Of a stretch of DNA of 64,000 bases, positions 46,291 to 61,705 are shown one piece after another. Positions within the stretch are counted from its first letter, which is position 1. The number at the start of each line of letters is the position of its first letter. A program made the position numbers and the translations under genes. Source of the stretch: the human T2T-CHM13v2.0 reference genome, Homo sapiens. Below the pieces are notes generated by a model. The model worked only from the letters and a program-made list of their open reading frames with translations. It was not told the origin of the DNA and made no database searches. The stretch lies in NCBI RefSeq assembly GCF_009914755.1, contig NC_060933.1. The stretch is one strand, 5' to 3'.

Positions 46291-47707
46291 CCTTCAAGAG
46301 ACTGAATCTTGCTTCCCAACACTAGCTTGGTATCTGAGACCATCTGCCTGCTGACTGGCTTTCCTGGCACAAACATTCTGCATGTAGGCACAGTGTGTTC
46401 CTGGACTCCACGTCAACCCGTTCACCCTCATGTTCCCTTGGTTCCTGTCCCCAGTCCAGCAAGCAGAACTGATTATAGATCTTGACAACAGAAGACACAG
46501 ATTTAAAATAACTTGCCTGTTCCCGTGGACTTTATCCACTAGTGAAGGAGGACAAGTGGACAAGGGGAGAGGGTAGGTGGGGGCTCCTTCCCTATTCCTC
46601 CCATTCCACTTTATACAAACCCCAGCTAGACCACTGGGAGAGCAACGGGGGTTAAGAATGACTCCATCTAAATATTGTCATCTGGTCCACTCTTCTTCCA
46701 TCTTGTACACAAGGATATCATGAGTTTTGTTTAAATTACTGGGAATTTCGTCTGCTCAGTGTTTGTTTTGTCTGCAGCCATTCCCAGAATTCTAGGACAA
46801 GACTAGCTTCTTTGCCAACGGGGTGAACAGGAAGGAACCCAAGTAGGAATTGCCTTTTTAAAAAAATACCTTCCCACCCTCTTAATTACGTAATGCATGC
46901 ATTTTTATAGCTTTTTTGCTTATTCCATTACCTGAGGTCAGCCACTGATATTTAACCCATCCTTAGCCTCGGAGGAGGGCAGAGGAGCACTCGTCATATT
47001 GATTTCGCTAGCGGTGACATGATTTCCTCCTGTGCCACTCAAATTTCTCTCCTTCTTTAACTTGATGCTCAGTAGGTTGTGTTTCACTCGTCTTTGCAGA
47101 TTGTTAGGAAGATGAGAATTAGCTTCCATTTTTGATGTTGCCATAGAGAAGACTCCATGGTAATGTTTATTTGCACAATCAACTTTTTCTTTTCCCCCAG
47201 AAATTGCAAATTCTTATGTGAGAGACAGCTTTCCGGAGTCTGCAAGCATAGATTATCGTCTCTCTTTTGATGGTAAATTTCTTATATCCTCACCAACAAT
47301 AAAATACTTACATATAATTTTGGCATGTCATATTGATTGCCAACTACAAGTAAGAATATTCCTTGCTTTTAAATCTAGATTAATTATGAAAATTTGAGTA
47401 GCCACAAAAAATTATTGTGTACAAATTTATAGACCTCTTCTTAGGATTAAATGAGTTAATATTAACTAATATTTATTGTGTAGTTAAGGTATGGCAGAAG
47501 CTTCCTCTGTACTATTTCATTTTATACTTAAAACAATATTCCATGCAAAATGCTATAATTTCCCTATACCTCCAATTTGCACATGATAAAACTGGGCCTC
47601 GTAAAGTTTTCACCCCAGAGTTCTCTGCTTAGTAAGAAGTAGAAGGAAGTCTAAACCTAGGTCATCTGATTTCAGAGCCCATATAGTTAAAATGCTCTAA
47701 ATGCAGC

Positions 47708-48317
47708 TTCCCATGGTGATGGTGACTATGAGAGCCTGTCACATATGATGTAGGACCCCAGTGCTTCCCTGTAACCTGTGCAAGATTCCCGTGATGACGG
47801 TGACTATGAAAGCCTGTCACATATGATGTAGGACAGTGCTTCCCTGTAACATGCGCAAGATTCCCATGATGATGGTGACTATGAGCCTTTCACATATGAT
47901 GTAGGACAGTGCTTCCTCTGTAACATGCACAAGATTCCCGTGATGATGGTGACTATGAGAGCCTGTCACATATGATGTAGGGTCCCACTGCTTCCTCTGT
48001 AACATGCTCAAGATTCCCGTGATGATGGTGACTATGAAAGCCTGTCACATACGATGTAGGACAGTGCTTCCCTGTAACATGCGCAAGATTCCCGTGATGA
48101 TGGTGACTATGAGAGCCTGTCACATACGATGTAGGACAGTGCTTCCCTGTAACATGCAGAAGATTCCCGTGATGATGGTGACTATGAGAGCCCGTCACAT
48201 ATGATGTAGGACAGTGCTTCCCTGTAACATGTACAAGATTCCCGTGATGATGGTGAGTATGAGAGCCTGTCACATATGATGTAGGACAGTGCTTCCTCTG
48301 TAATATGCACAAGATTC
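47708..48317. repeat. Minisatellite, ~75-bp unit, ~8 copies
   Basis: AAGATTC recurs at 47782, 47857, 47931, 48010, 48085, 48160, 48235 and 48311. Confidence 0.95.
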
Positions 48318-48901
48318 ACCCGTGGATCTTATTAAAATGGAAACTCATAGACCACACTTTGACTAGCTAAGATAGGAGCATTTAAATGGATGTCTTGGTG
48401 ACAGTGCTAAGATGCTACTGTTCATGTGGGCACTGGCTCACCATATTAACGAAGCTTAGGACCTCCAGTCCTGGCTGGAAAAGAAATACAGATACATAGG
48501 ATGTGACTGTGCATATGGAATGTCTGTTGTGTTCTGGACATTGTACTAGACACTAGAGATAAAAAGTCAAATATCCCTTGCCTCTATCTGAAAGGAGCTT
48601 CCTACTCAGTGGCTTCTGACTGCAGTGTATATGTTCTTTTCTGTCCTGGGTGGGTGAGCTCTATCTCAATGTTGGTAACTGAACACTGCCCAATGGGTTT
48701 GATGAGGGAGATCATAGCTAGCTGTGCTCCCACAAAGCTATGACCATAGCATATCTCGTGATGCCATTTCCCCCTTGTCAGAAGGGTCCCTCCAGTATCA
48801 TACATGCTCCCCATGATTATAAATTCTTCCTCTTTGCACTAAATGTTCCTAAATCTTGCAAAGATAAAAACATAAACCACATTCTCATCATATTAGTTAT
48901 A

Positions 48902-50298
<1,397 letters not shown>

Positions 50299-50659
50299 CA
50301 AGTTCCTTACTTTTCATGTGTTTAATATTTTCTCCCAGTTTATAGAATATATTGATTGAGAATAAATTTTAGCCACGCATATCTATTAAAAACTTCATGA
50401 TATACTTTGCTATTTTTAAATTTCTTATGCTCTTATAAAATGTGTGTTCTGGACTCATGTTGGCTTCCATTTCTTCCCTCTGGCTTCTGTTAGTTTAGGC
50501 TATGAGCAGAGATGGACAAGGTGGCTACTGTAATGGATCAAGGCTATGAGCATCTTGTGAAGTAGGATGTTAAATCTGTAAATATCAGAATGAATCCAAA
50601 CTTATCAATTCAAAACTGCATTGTAAAACAGCTCAAAAAAGACTAAAAACACAGCTCTA

Positions 50660-50927
<268 letters not shown>

Positions 50928-53059
50928 AATAACTAAGAAAAACAGGTCTAAACGAAGGTGGCCAGAAAAGTAGCTCAACTTGTTCCTGTCTGGTTAAATA
51001 CAAACATAAATGAACTACTTATATGCCCCAGTGGCTTCATAATGCTGAAAGCAAAGTCAATTGTTCTAGCAGGTTCTGGAAAACTTTATCATATCATGGG
51101 GTTCAATGAAAATATCAAATCCTAAATAAAATAATCAAATCTGAAAGTGAATCTCGTTTCAAAGACCTCAGAAGCCACTGTGTCAGAAGCTCTTTTCAGA
51201 TACAGACAAGGGATTATTTGACTCCTTACCTCTGTTGTCTAGCACAATGTCCAGAACACAACAGATATTCCATATGCACAGTCACATCCTATGTATGTGT
51301 ATTTCTTTTCCAGCAAGGACTAGAGGTCCTAAGCTTTATTTATATGGTGAGCCAGTTCCCAAATGAGCAGGAGAATCTTAGCACAGTCACCTACACACTC
51401 ATTTCAATGCTCTGGCCCCTTATCCAAGCTAGTCAAAGTGTGGTCTATGGTTTTGCATTTTAAGGAGATCCCCAGGCGAATCTTGTGGCTGTCAAAGGAG
51501 GAGAAGCACTGCCGAAAAGGTGAACTAATTTATCGAGGTAGGCTGGCTATTTATTTATTTATCTTGTTGATGGGAAGATTCAAATTGACATACACAATCA
51601 CCCCCATAAAGATTTCAGGTAAAAAACAAAGGTTTAGATATCAGATGTGTTTTACAATTACCACACCACTCTTTACTACAGCATCCAGTAGCACATTTCC
51701 AATAGACTTAGGTGAAAATTTCTATCTCATGAGCCTTCTGTCAGTACTTTTAAAATTGGATACTCAATAAATAGTGGCCAAATTGAATCTCTTACAGGCA
51801 TCTCACTCAAACTGCAGTCATACTTTCCAATAGGCCCCATAAAAATCCTTGTTCTGGAGCAATCTAATATATTTATCCACCTCTTTAGACACTTAGGTAA
51901 GTATAATAATACAAGTTTGTGTGTGTGTGTGTGTATTGTGTACCTTGTGGCCTCTTGCCCAGTTTCTGCAACACCTGAAGCTGAGGAAGTTTAATGTAAA
52001 TAACATCCAGCAATGTTAGAAATGTTGACTTTTATGTGTCCATCAGGAAAAAAGGATGAATGTTATTGTAGAGGAGATTTTCATTCTGGAAAAAATGCAT
52101 ACTGTTTGAATATTACTTTCATGCTTTCCACAGATATTATACACAGATATTATATTCCAAGGGTTATGTTTCAAAGTCATCAAAAATAGAAAATACCTTT
52201 TATATTTCTAGCTGAAAATAGTAACAGTGATTAGCCTACCTTTGGGGAAATGTGATAAAAATACTAATGACCATCACAACTGATTAAAAGCATAAAATGT
52301 GCAATGATTTAAACTACATGTTCTTTATATGAATTATATGCGTAGAAATATAGACACATTTGATAAATTCTATTTAAAGTCTGAGTGCTTTGGTAAATGA
52401 TTCAGTCATCTGTAGATTGAAGGGATTACTTTTATCTGCCTTCATAGTGAGAATTAGATTTCTATTCTTTATAAAGCAGGGAATATAGATTGTGCATGGA
52501 GTAAAAGCATTCAATCCTTATTAATAATGATGGAAGCGGCGCTGCAGAGGAGAAAGCCTGTCAGAGTAACGTATTCAGTTTTACATCATAATCAGAGTGT
52601 GTTGATCTCTGCTGAAGGCAGAATTAAAAAGCCCTTCAACATTTTTTAAATAATAGATGAAAAACATCTCAAAGTCACTTTTAAAATTTGAATTGACGAT
52701 TCCACATAACAGGAAAAGGACCAAGAACATCTTAAAGAAATACTTCACGATGGAAGTGATGTTTTAAGTGCAATTTCATCAAGGAGAAGTTTTTCCAGAA
52801 AGTCTTTTGACCTCAGGAAGAATCTCATTAGCTTACTCTGGTAAATAGTTTCTAGTAAAATGAGAAAGAGTTGACTTTTTAAAAACAATAAAAAATTTAC
52901 ACGGTTTAATCTCATGTTGTGATTTCGAAAGTGCTGCTTGGGCCCTCATAGTTATGCATGTGTATTTATACGCATTTTCTTGGCTCACTCAAACGCCAAT
53001 AAAATACTTTACTATCCAGGCTCCTTAAAAGTCAAATTAATTTCTAAAAGTGAGGATTG

Positions 53060-55032
53060 TATGTATTCTGTGAGGTGTGTGCAGGTGTATGCATGATATG
53101 TGTGTGTGGTCTGTGTGTGTAGTAGGTACATGGGGTGTGTATATGTGTGTGTGGAGTGTATTGTGGGTGTTATGTGTGTATACTGTGTGTAGTATGTGGG
53201 TGGTGCATGGTGTGTATAAGTGCTGTGTTTGTGGTGTATGTGTGTGTGGTGTGTATGTGTACTATGTGTGGTGTGTGCATGTGATATGTGTGTGGTGTAT
53301 GTGATGTGTGTGTATGGTGCTGTGTGTGTGCGGTGTGTGTAGTGTTTGATGTGTGCTTGATGTGTTTGTAGAATGTGTGTGTGGTGTGGTGTATGTATGT
53401 GAGGTATGTGTTTGCTCTATGTGTGTGGCACTGTATGTACGTGTGCAGTGTGTGGGGAGTATGTGTGTGGTGTGTGGTGTGTGGGGAGTATGTATGGGGT
53501 GTGTGATGTGTGTGGTGCTGTATGTGTGTGGTGTATGTGTAGTAGATTCATGTGTGTGGTGTGGGGGTGTGTGCACGTGTGCACATACTGTGTGGTGTGT
53601 GTGATGTCTGTGGGGGGTGTGTTTGCACATGGTGTGTACACAGTGTGTGTGTTGTCAGAGGTGTGCATGTGTGCACATGGTGTGTGTACAGTGTGTGGGG
53701 TGTGTGCATGTATTCATGGTGTGGGTGCCGTGTGGTGTCTGTGTGTGGTGTCTGGGGTGTGTGTGCATGTGCACATGGTGTGTGTGCATGGTGTGTGCAT
53801 GTATACATGGTGTGTGTGCAGTGTGTGGTGTCTGTGGTGTCTAGGGTGTGTGTGCGTGTGCACATGGTGTGGTGTGTGCAGTGTGTGGTGTCTGTGCAGG
53901 GTGTGTGTGCATGTGTACATGGTGTGTGTGCAGTGTGTGTGTATACATGGTGTGCTGTGTGCAGTGTGTGTGGTGTCTGTGGGTGGTGTCTGTGTGGGGT
54001 GTGTGCATGTGTACATGGTGTGTGTGCAGTGTGTGGTGTGTGTGTACGTGTGCACATGGTGTGTGTGCAGTGTGTGTGGGGTGTGTGCAGTGCGTGTGGT
54101 GTCTTGGTTGTGTGTGCAGTGTGGTGTCTGAGGGGTGTGTGTGTGCACGTGCATGGTGTGTGGTGTGTGTGCATGTGTACATGGTGTGTGTGCCGTGTGC
54201 GTGGCTTCTGCATGTGGGGTGTGCAGTGTGGTGTGTATGTGGGTGTGTGCGTGTGCACACGGCGTGTGTGTAGTGTGGTGTCTGCTGTGTGCAGTGTGTG
54301 GTATCTGGGTTGTGCATGTGCACATGGCGTGTGTGGTGTGTGTGTGGTGTATGGGGTGTGTGTGTGCACATGGTGTGTGTGTGCAGTGTGTGTGGTGTCT
54401 GGGGTGCATGTGTGCACATGGAGTGGTGTGTGTAGTGTGTGTGATGTCTGGGGTGTGCAGGTGCACATGGTGTGTGTGCAGTGTGTGTGGTGTCTGTGTG
54501 GGGTGTGTGCATGTGCACATGGTGTGTGTACTGTTTGTGTGTGGTGTATGGGGTGTGTGTGTGCACATGGTGTGTGTGCAGTGTGTGTGGTGTCTGTGTG
54601 GGGTGTGTGCATGTGCACATGGTGTGTGTACTGTGTGTGGTGTATGTGTGTGGGGTGTGTGTGTGCACATGGTGTGTGTGCAGTGTGTTTGTGTGCAGTG
54701 TATGCATGTGCATATGGTGTGTGTGCAGTGTGTGTGGTGTCTGTGGTGTGTGTGTGCACATGGTGTGTATGCAGTGTGTGTGGTGTGTGTGTGGGGTGTG
54801 TGCACATAGTGTGTGTGGTGTCTATGTGTGGTGTGTGTGCAGTGTGTGTGGTGTCTGTATGGGGTGTATACATGTGCACATGGTGTGTGTGCAGTAGGTG
54901 TGTTTGTGGGGTGTGGGCAGTGGGTGTGAGGGGTGTGTGTGCCTGTGCACATGGTGTGTGTGCTGTTTCTGTGGTGTCTGTGTGTGGGGTGTGTGTGCAT
55001 GTGCACATGGTGTGGTGTGTGCAGTGTGTGTG
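53060..55032. repeat. ~2-kb GT-rich complex simple repeat / degenerate minisatellite
   Basis: (TG)n interspersed with recurring GTGCACATGGTG, GTGCAGTGTG and GGTGTCTG motifs. Confidence 0.95.
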
Positions 55033-56344
55033 TTATGAGTGACTGCTTCTCTTAGCATGTGGACATCGGTCTTCCAGACCAGCTTTCTCCATGTGTCTGG
55101 GAACATAAGAAACAAGTTTCTGCAATAATTGTTACACAGCTTTTCCAGAGAGGGACCAAATCTCTGTCGTGAGTGGGTATCTGCATCATTTCGCAGGAGG
55201 GAATGTGATGTCCTGGCTTGGCTCACACCCTCTGTGGGTTTAGGCACAGGTTCCTGCTGGATCCCTCACTGTGGCCAGAGAGGGAGGGCTCTGCTTCACC
55301 ACAGGGCACCACAAGAGGACTGGTGCGCGGGAAGACCAGGTAATCATAATGCTATTAATAATAGCAGTAATCATACTGTTTTATACATTGTATATGTCAT
55401 AAGGATTTTAACTTTCATGTAACATAATTGCTGTAAAAGTTTCCCCAGTTTGTTTTGTGCTATTTACCTGGTGTTAAAATGTGTAAGAATTTACATTTTA
55501 GGTATGTTAGGTTTATTCCTTTTTATATGGTTTCTGTTTGAAATTTTGATTTTAGAAGACATTCATTCTCAAGGTCATAAAACACACACATCTAATTTTC
55601 TTTTTACTCTCTCTTTTTTTTTTACATTTAATACTGGAATTAACTTTTATGTAAGGTGTAGGACCATGATTCAATTCTGTCATTTTATATTCTCAAATCA
55701 TTACCCAATATTTTAATACCACAAATGGAACAATCGCTCTGTTTTGTGGGTTTAAAATGTTACCGTTACTAGATAAAATTACACTCAATTTCTGTGTTTT
55801 TAATTCTCTTTCATTAATGTGTTTATTTTTGTGCCATTTCAAATTTGTTTAATTTTGGATAGTGATAATAATCTTAAATATCTTATAGTAAATTTTATAA
55901 TAATGGCTCTCATTGTATGTGTGTGTTCAATATATGGATTTAAAATCACATGTTCTTGTTCGAAAATATTTTTCTTGGAATTTTTATTGGAATTTGAGCA
56001 TATTTTTAAATGATTTACAGCAAACTAAAGAGTTAATATTATTGAGTCCTGTCATCCAGAATGTGACATGCAAATTCCTCAGACCTCTTTTAATGCCATT
56101 TAGTCAGAATTAATATGTTAAATCAATATAAATTAGTATAAATGAGTATAACTAATGATTAAAATAAATTAATGTGTTTGGCTCCACATTTCTGTCTTCT
56201 GCCTTCTATCACTGATGTTTTATTCCTATCCTTGTTGTTTTCTATAGTTTCCTTTATTATGTCTTTTTCTGTCTTGTGATTTGAAAACTATATGACACAT
56301 TGTAATGTTTTAATTTTTCTAATTTTTTGCTTTTAATTTTAACT

Positions 56345-57193
<849 letters not shown>

Positions 57194-57218
57194 GTGTTTG
57201 TTTTAAGAACTGCAGACG

Positions 57219-57526
57219 AGCTGGGTGCAGTTGCTCAAGCCTGTAATGGCTGCATTTTGGGAGGCTGAAGTGGCTGGATTGCCTGAGCCCCAGAGTTCAA
57301 GACCAGGTGGGCAACATAGTGAGATCCCGTCTCTACAAAAAAAGTATTAAAAAAACATAGCCAGGCATAGTGCTGCATGCCTGTAGTCCCAGCTACTCAG
57401 GAGGCTGTGGTAGAAAAATCACTTGACCCAGCAGTTTGAGGCTGCAGTGAGCTATGATCATGCCACTGCACTCTGGCCTAGGCGACAGAGCGAAACCCCA
57501 TCTCAAAACAAAGAACAACCAAAAAC
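57219..57526 (+). mobile_element. AluJ
   Basis: Sense dimer, head-to-head with the preceding Alu. Confidence 0.9.
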
Positions 57527-58404
57527 CTAGAAGCATACTCAGAGATATTGTGGGTTTGGTTCCAGACAACTGCAGTAAGGCAAATGTTACAAACAAAAAC
57601 CTACAAGCACACCTCAGAGATAGTGTGGGTTTTGTTCCAGGCCACTTCAATAAGGCAAATGTTACAATCAAGTTAGTTGCATAAACATTTTATTTCCCAG
57701 TGCTTATAAAAGTTATGCTTAAACTATATTGTAGTCTAATGAGTATTTAATAATTATTAATTAGTAATTAATAGCATGTCTAAAAAACTGTGTACATACC
57801 TTAAGTTAAAATACGTCAGTGCTAAAAAATGCTAATGAGTATCTGAGCCTTACCAAGTCATAATCTTTTTGCTGGTGAGAGTCTTGCCTCTATATTGATG
57901 ACTGCTGGCTAATCAGTGTGGGGGCTGCTGAAGGTTGGAAGCCTGTGTCAATTTTTTAAAACAATGAAGTTTGTTCCTTTCACAAAAGATTTCCCTGTAG
58001 CATGTGATGCTGTTTGACAGCATTTTATCAACAGTAGAACTTCTTTCAAAATTGGAGTAAACCCTCTCAAACCCTGCTGCTGCTTTATCAACTAGGTTTA
58101 TGGAATATTCTAAATCCTTTGTTGTCATTTCAACAATGTTGATAGCATCTCCACCTGGATTATATTCCATCTCAAGAAAATATTTTCTTTGCTCGTCCAT
58201 AAGAAGCAACTCCCTATTTGTTCAAGTTTCATCATGAGTTTACAGCAATTTCATCTCACCTTAAGGCCCTAATTCTAATTCTAGTTGTCTTGTGATTTCT
58301 ACCACATCTGCAGGGACTTCCTCCACTGACATCCTGAGCCCTCAAAGTCATCCATGAGGGCTGGAATCAACTTCTTCCAAACTCCTGTTAATGTTAATAT
58401 TTCA

Positions 58405-58485
58405 TCTTCCTCCCATCAATCACAAATGTCCTTAATGGCATTTAAGGATTGCTATTAAGGACATTTGTGATTCACGGGAGGAGGT
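58405..58485 (+). ncRNA. MIR4477A: MIR4477-type hairpin (miR-4477a on plus strand; a miR-4477b-type sequence reads on minus)
   Basis: 81-nt near-perfect inverted repeat. 58452-58473 (CTATTAAGGACATTTGTGATTC) matches recalled miR-4477a. Several genomic copies exist, so this may be an unannotated paralog. Confidence 0.75.
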
Positions 58486-58738
58486 TCAAATATCATGAAA
58501 GGATTAATGGTGAATCCTTTCCAAAAGGTTTTCAATTCAGTTTATCCAGATTCATCAAAGAAATCACTATCTATGACAGCTATACCTTTACAAAATGCAA
58601 TTATTAATTAATAAAAACACTTGAAAGTCAAAACCACTCCTTGATCCACAGGCTGAAGGTAAATATTGTACTAGCAGCCATGAAAATAACATTAATTTCC
58701 AAGTACATCTCCATCTAAGTTTCTGGGTAGCTAGGTGA

Positions 58739-59103
<365 letters not shown>

Positions 59104-59511
59104 AACCAACAATCTTTTTAAAAGAATCGGTTTTTTTTTTTCTGAGCAGTTCTCAATAGTGGGATTAAAATATTCAGTAAACCATGCTATTAACAGATGT
59201 GCTGTCACCCAGACAGTGATGTTCCATTTCTAGAGCACAGAAAGAATAGATTTTGCATAATTCTTAAGGGCCCTGAGATTTTCAGAGTGGTCAATGAGCA
59301 CTGGCTGTAACTTAAAGTCACCAGCTGCAGTGCTCCTCAAAGAGAGTCAGCCCATCCTTTGAAGTTTTGAAGCCAAGCGTTGACTTCTCTCTAGCTATGA
59401 AAATTCTGCATCTTCACTAAGCTTAATCATTTCTAGCTCTGGACTTAAAGTGAGAGACTTGCAAGTCTTCCTTTCATTTGAGTTCTTTGAGGCCACTGTG
59501 GTTACTAATTA

Positions 59512-60264
59512 GCACCCCTGGTGGGTGTCACCCTCCTCCCTACTCTATCGAGTTCACCTACACCGGGGCGTGGGGAAAGGCGCTTCCTGCACCCCACATG
59601 CCCTGCGCTCCTGGGGCTCTCCCACAGGGGGCTTTCGTGAGCCAGGCAGCAAGGGCCATCCCCCTGCTCCAGCCCAGCCAGGCTGCGCAGGCAGAAGGAC
59701 TCTCCCAACCTGCCCGGGCATGCGGGGCTTTGTGTTCACTGCCCTGGCCCCTCCGAAACTGGGGCTCTCCCATCCTCAGACTCCCTGGTGTCCTCCGAAC
59801 CCCAACAAATGACAGGAAGACCAGAACCCGCAGCGCGATGGCCTGCTGGGCGCGTGCTCAGTGGGACACCTTGGGGCCCCTCAAGCTGAGTCACAGGGGA
59901 AAGGTGTGCTTGCGCCACCCACGTCCCACCGGAGTCCGTGGTGGGGCTGGAGCCGCAGGTCGCCAGGGCGGCATGGGAACCCGAAGACGGGGCACCTTCA
60001 CCTCCGGAGCTCGTGACCCCGGAGGCCTCCGCGTCAAGCACAGATGCCAGCCAACCGGGCACCTCCCAACCGCTCCAGGAGCCGGGGCTCTCCTCTGCAC
60101 TCACCTCCAGCCTGTTAGATGAGCTCCTGTCAACCCCAGAGTTTCAGCAAAAGGCACAACCTTTCCTAGATCCGGCGCCACTGGGGGAGCTGAAGGACGT
60201 GGAAGAGCCCGCTTTGCTGGAACCACTCCTCAGCCAGGAAGAACACAGGGCTCTGCTGGAGGAG
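59512..60264 (+). pseudogene. DUX4-like (DUX4L, DUX4c-type) pseudogene fragment lacking both homeoboxes
   Basis: [32 protein letters not shown]; [13 protein letters not shown]; [19 protein letters not shown]...LSQEEHRALLEE. At least two frameshifts and a TGA at 59810-59812. Confidence 0.92.
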
Positions 60265-61705
60265 CAGGTTGGGGCGGGTTTGGGGCAGGGTGGCGGCCTC
60301 TCTTTCGCGGTGAACCTCAGGCTTGGTGTGGAGAGGCGTGTCTTCCCTTCCAGCTGACCTGCCTAGGATCCCTGAGTTCCAGGTCCAGCGAGAGACTCCA
60401 CACAGAGGAGGGCTGTCAACAATGACAAGAAAGCATTCCTGAGCATCCCGGGGATCCCAGGGCTGGTCCAGGTACAGGGAGGTAGGCTGTCTACTGCGCA
60501 TGCGCGGGTTTCCAGGCAGCAGCCTAGTTTTCTAACTAGCCCAGGCGGAGCTCTCATCCCTTTTCCCCCCGCGTTCTTCAATCGGGTTGGCGGAGACCTC
60601 AGTCCGCGAAACACTGGCCCGGGGCAGAAGCCAGGCCAGTTCTCCTTTCTGCGGCTCGACTCCTCCGCCTCTTCGCTCACCATCAGTTGCCAACCCGTGT
60701 CCCGCCAGCCTCCTCGCCAGCACCATAGAGCGTCTTGCAACTAAATAAAGACCCCAGACCTCGCGCAAACCAGGGTGCTGCCCTTTCCAGGCAAGAGGGA
60801 AGGCAGGCAGAGATGAGGACAGGAACGGAGACAGAGTGAGATGGAAGGATGGAGCTAGGCAAGGATGGGTGGAAGGAGGGACCCCGGAAGGGAGAGAAAG
60901 AGGGAGGGAGGGAGAAAGGGAGGAAAAAGCCAGGGGAGGGAGGGAAGAACAGATGGAAGGATGGACCAAGGGACAAAAGGAGCAAGAAGCAGAGAACGGA
61001 AGGCAGAGACAAAAACGGTCTTATGCCTCCAGAACCAACAGGACCCAGAACTCCGGGAAAATGTTGGGTGCCCAGTACAGGCTGAGTGCTGGGCCCACAG
61101 CCCCGTTGGCCGGCGGGGCGCTCAGCGGCCCTCTGGATCACCAGCCTGGGTTACTTCGTCCCGGAGCAATTCAGACCAATTCCGTTTCCGAAGGAATGAG
61201 CGAATTCCCCAGAGAGCAATGAGCCGAGACCCAGGTAGTTGTCTGTTTTTCATCCACATGGTTCACAGATGACATATCCCCACGTTGAGCCCTGCAACAG
61301 AGCTCGAGGCGGATAGTCCCATCCACACAGGAGTCACACTCAGGCCAACTGAAGCGTGATTCTGGATTCCACGTTTCTTTGCCCTCTGTAAAGGTGCCTG
61401 TTGCTCAAGTTTCTGCCCCCCGAAAGCGTGACCATGTTGACTGTTTCGCGAGCTCTGTGGGGCCCCAGAAACTTCCAGGAATGCGTGGAAGACCAGCATC
61501 GTGTCGGTGCTCTCCTTTCCAGTTTTCAAACAGGCTATATTGGAGACTCCCCATTTTGCAGGAAACAGGAATCCATCATCAGGCCGTGATGCACGGGATG
61601 TTTCTTTTCTCTGTGGTTTCGCTCTCGTTGTCTACGTGAAAACGAACGAGATGAACACAACTGCGTGTGTGAGACTATCACGGCAACTGTGACACCCAGG
61701 CGTTG
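60265..61705 (+). repeat. Degenerate D4Z4-like unit (DUX4 exon-2-like segment, KpnI-site region, GA-rich tract, hhspm3-like region)
   Basis: gcatcccggggatcccag...ccag|gtac; ctactgcgcatgcgcgggttt; ctgggcccacagcc; ggttcacaga...gagccctgcaac; ctacgtgaaaacgaacgaga are colinear with recalled D4Z4 sequence. Confidence 0.85.

Noticed and set aside
47817-48312. His/Cys-rich repeat ORFs (GSHSHHHHGNL...KHCP) on the same strand as a zinc chaperone gene, suggesting a metal-binding partner
   Set aside because: They are translations of a 75-bp (multiple of 3) minisatellite, broken by frameshifts between units, with no promoter or splice evidence.
47708-48317. CRISPR-like periodicity
   Set aside because: Whole units repeat with no unique spacers, and the DNA is primate.
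53262-55247. Very long Cys/Val and His/Thr ORFs (up to 496 aa)
   Set aside because: Artefact of the TG repeat, which lacks stop codons in most frames.
61120-61530. Possible inverted homeobox in minus-strand ORFs
   Set aside because: No WFQN-type motif, and the segment is colinear with non-coding D4Z4 sequence on the plus strand.
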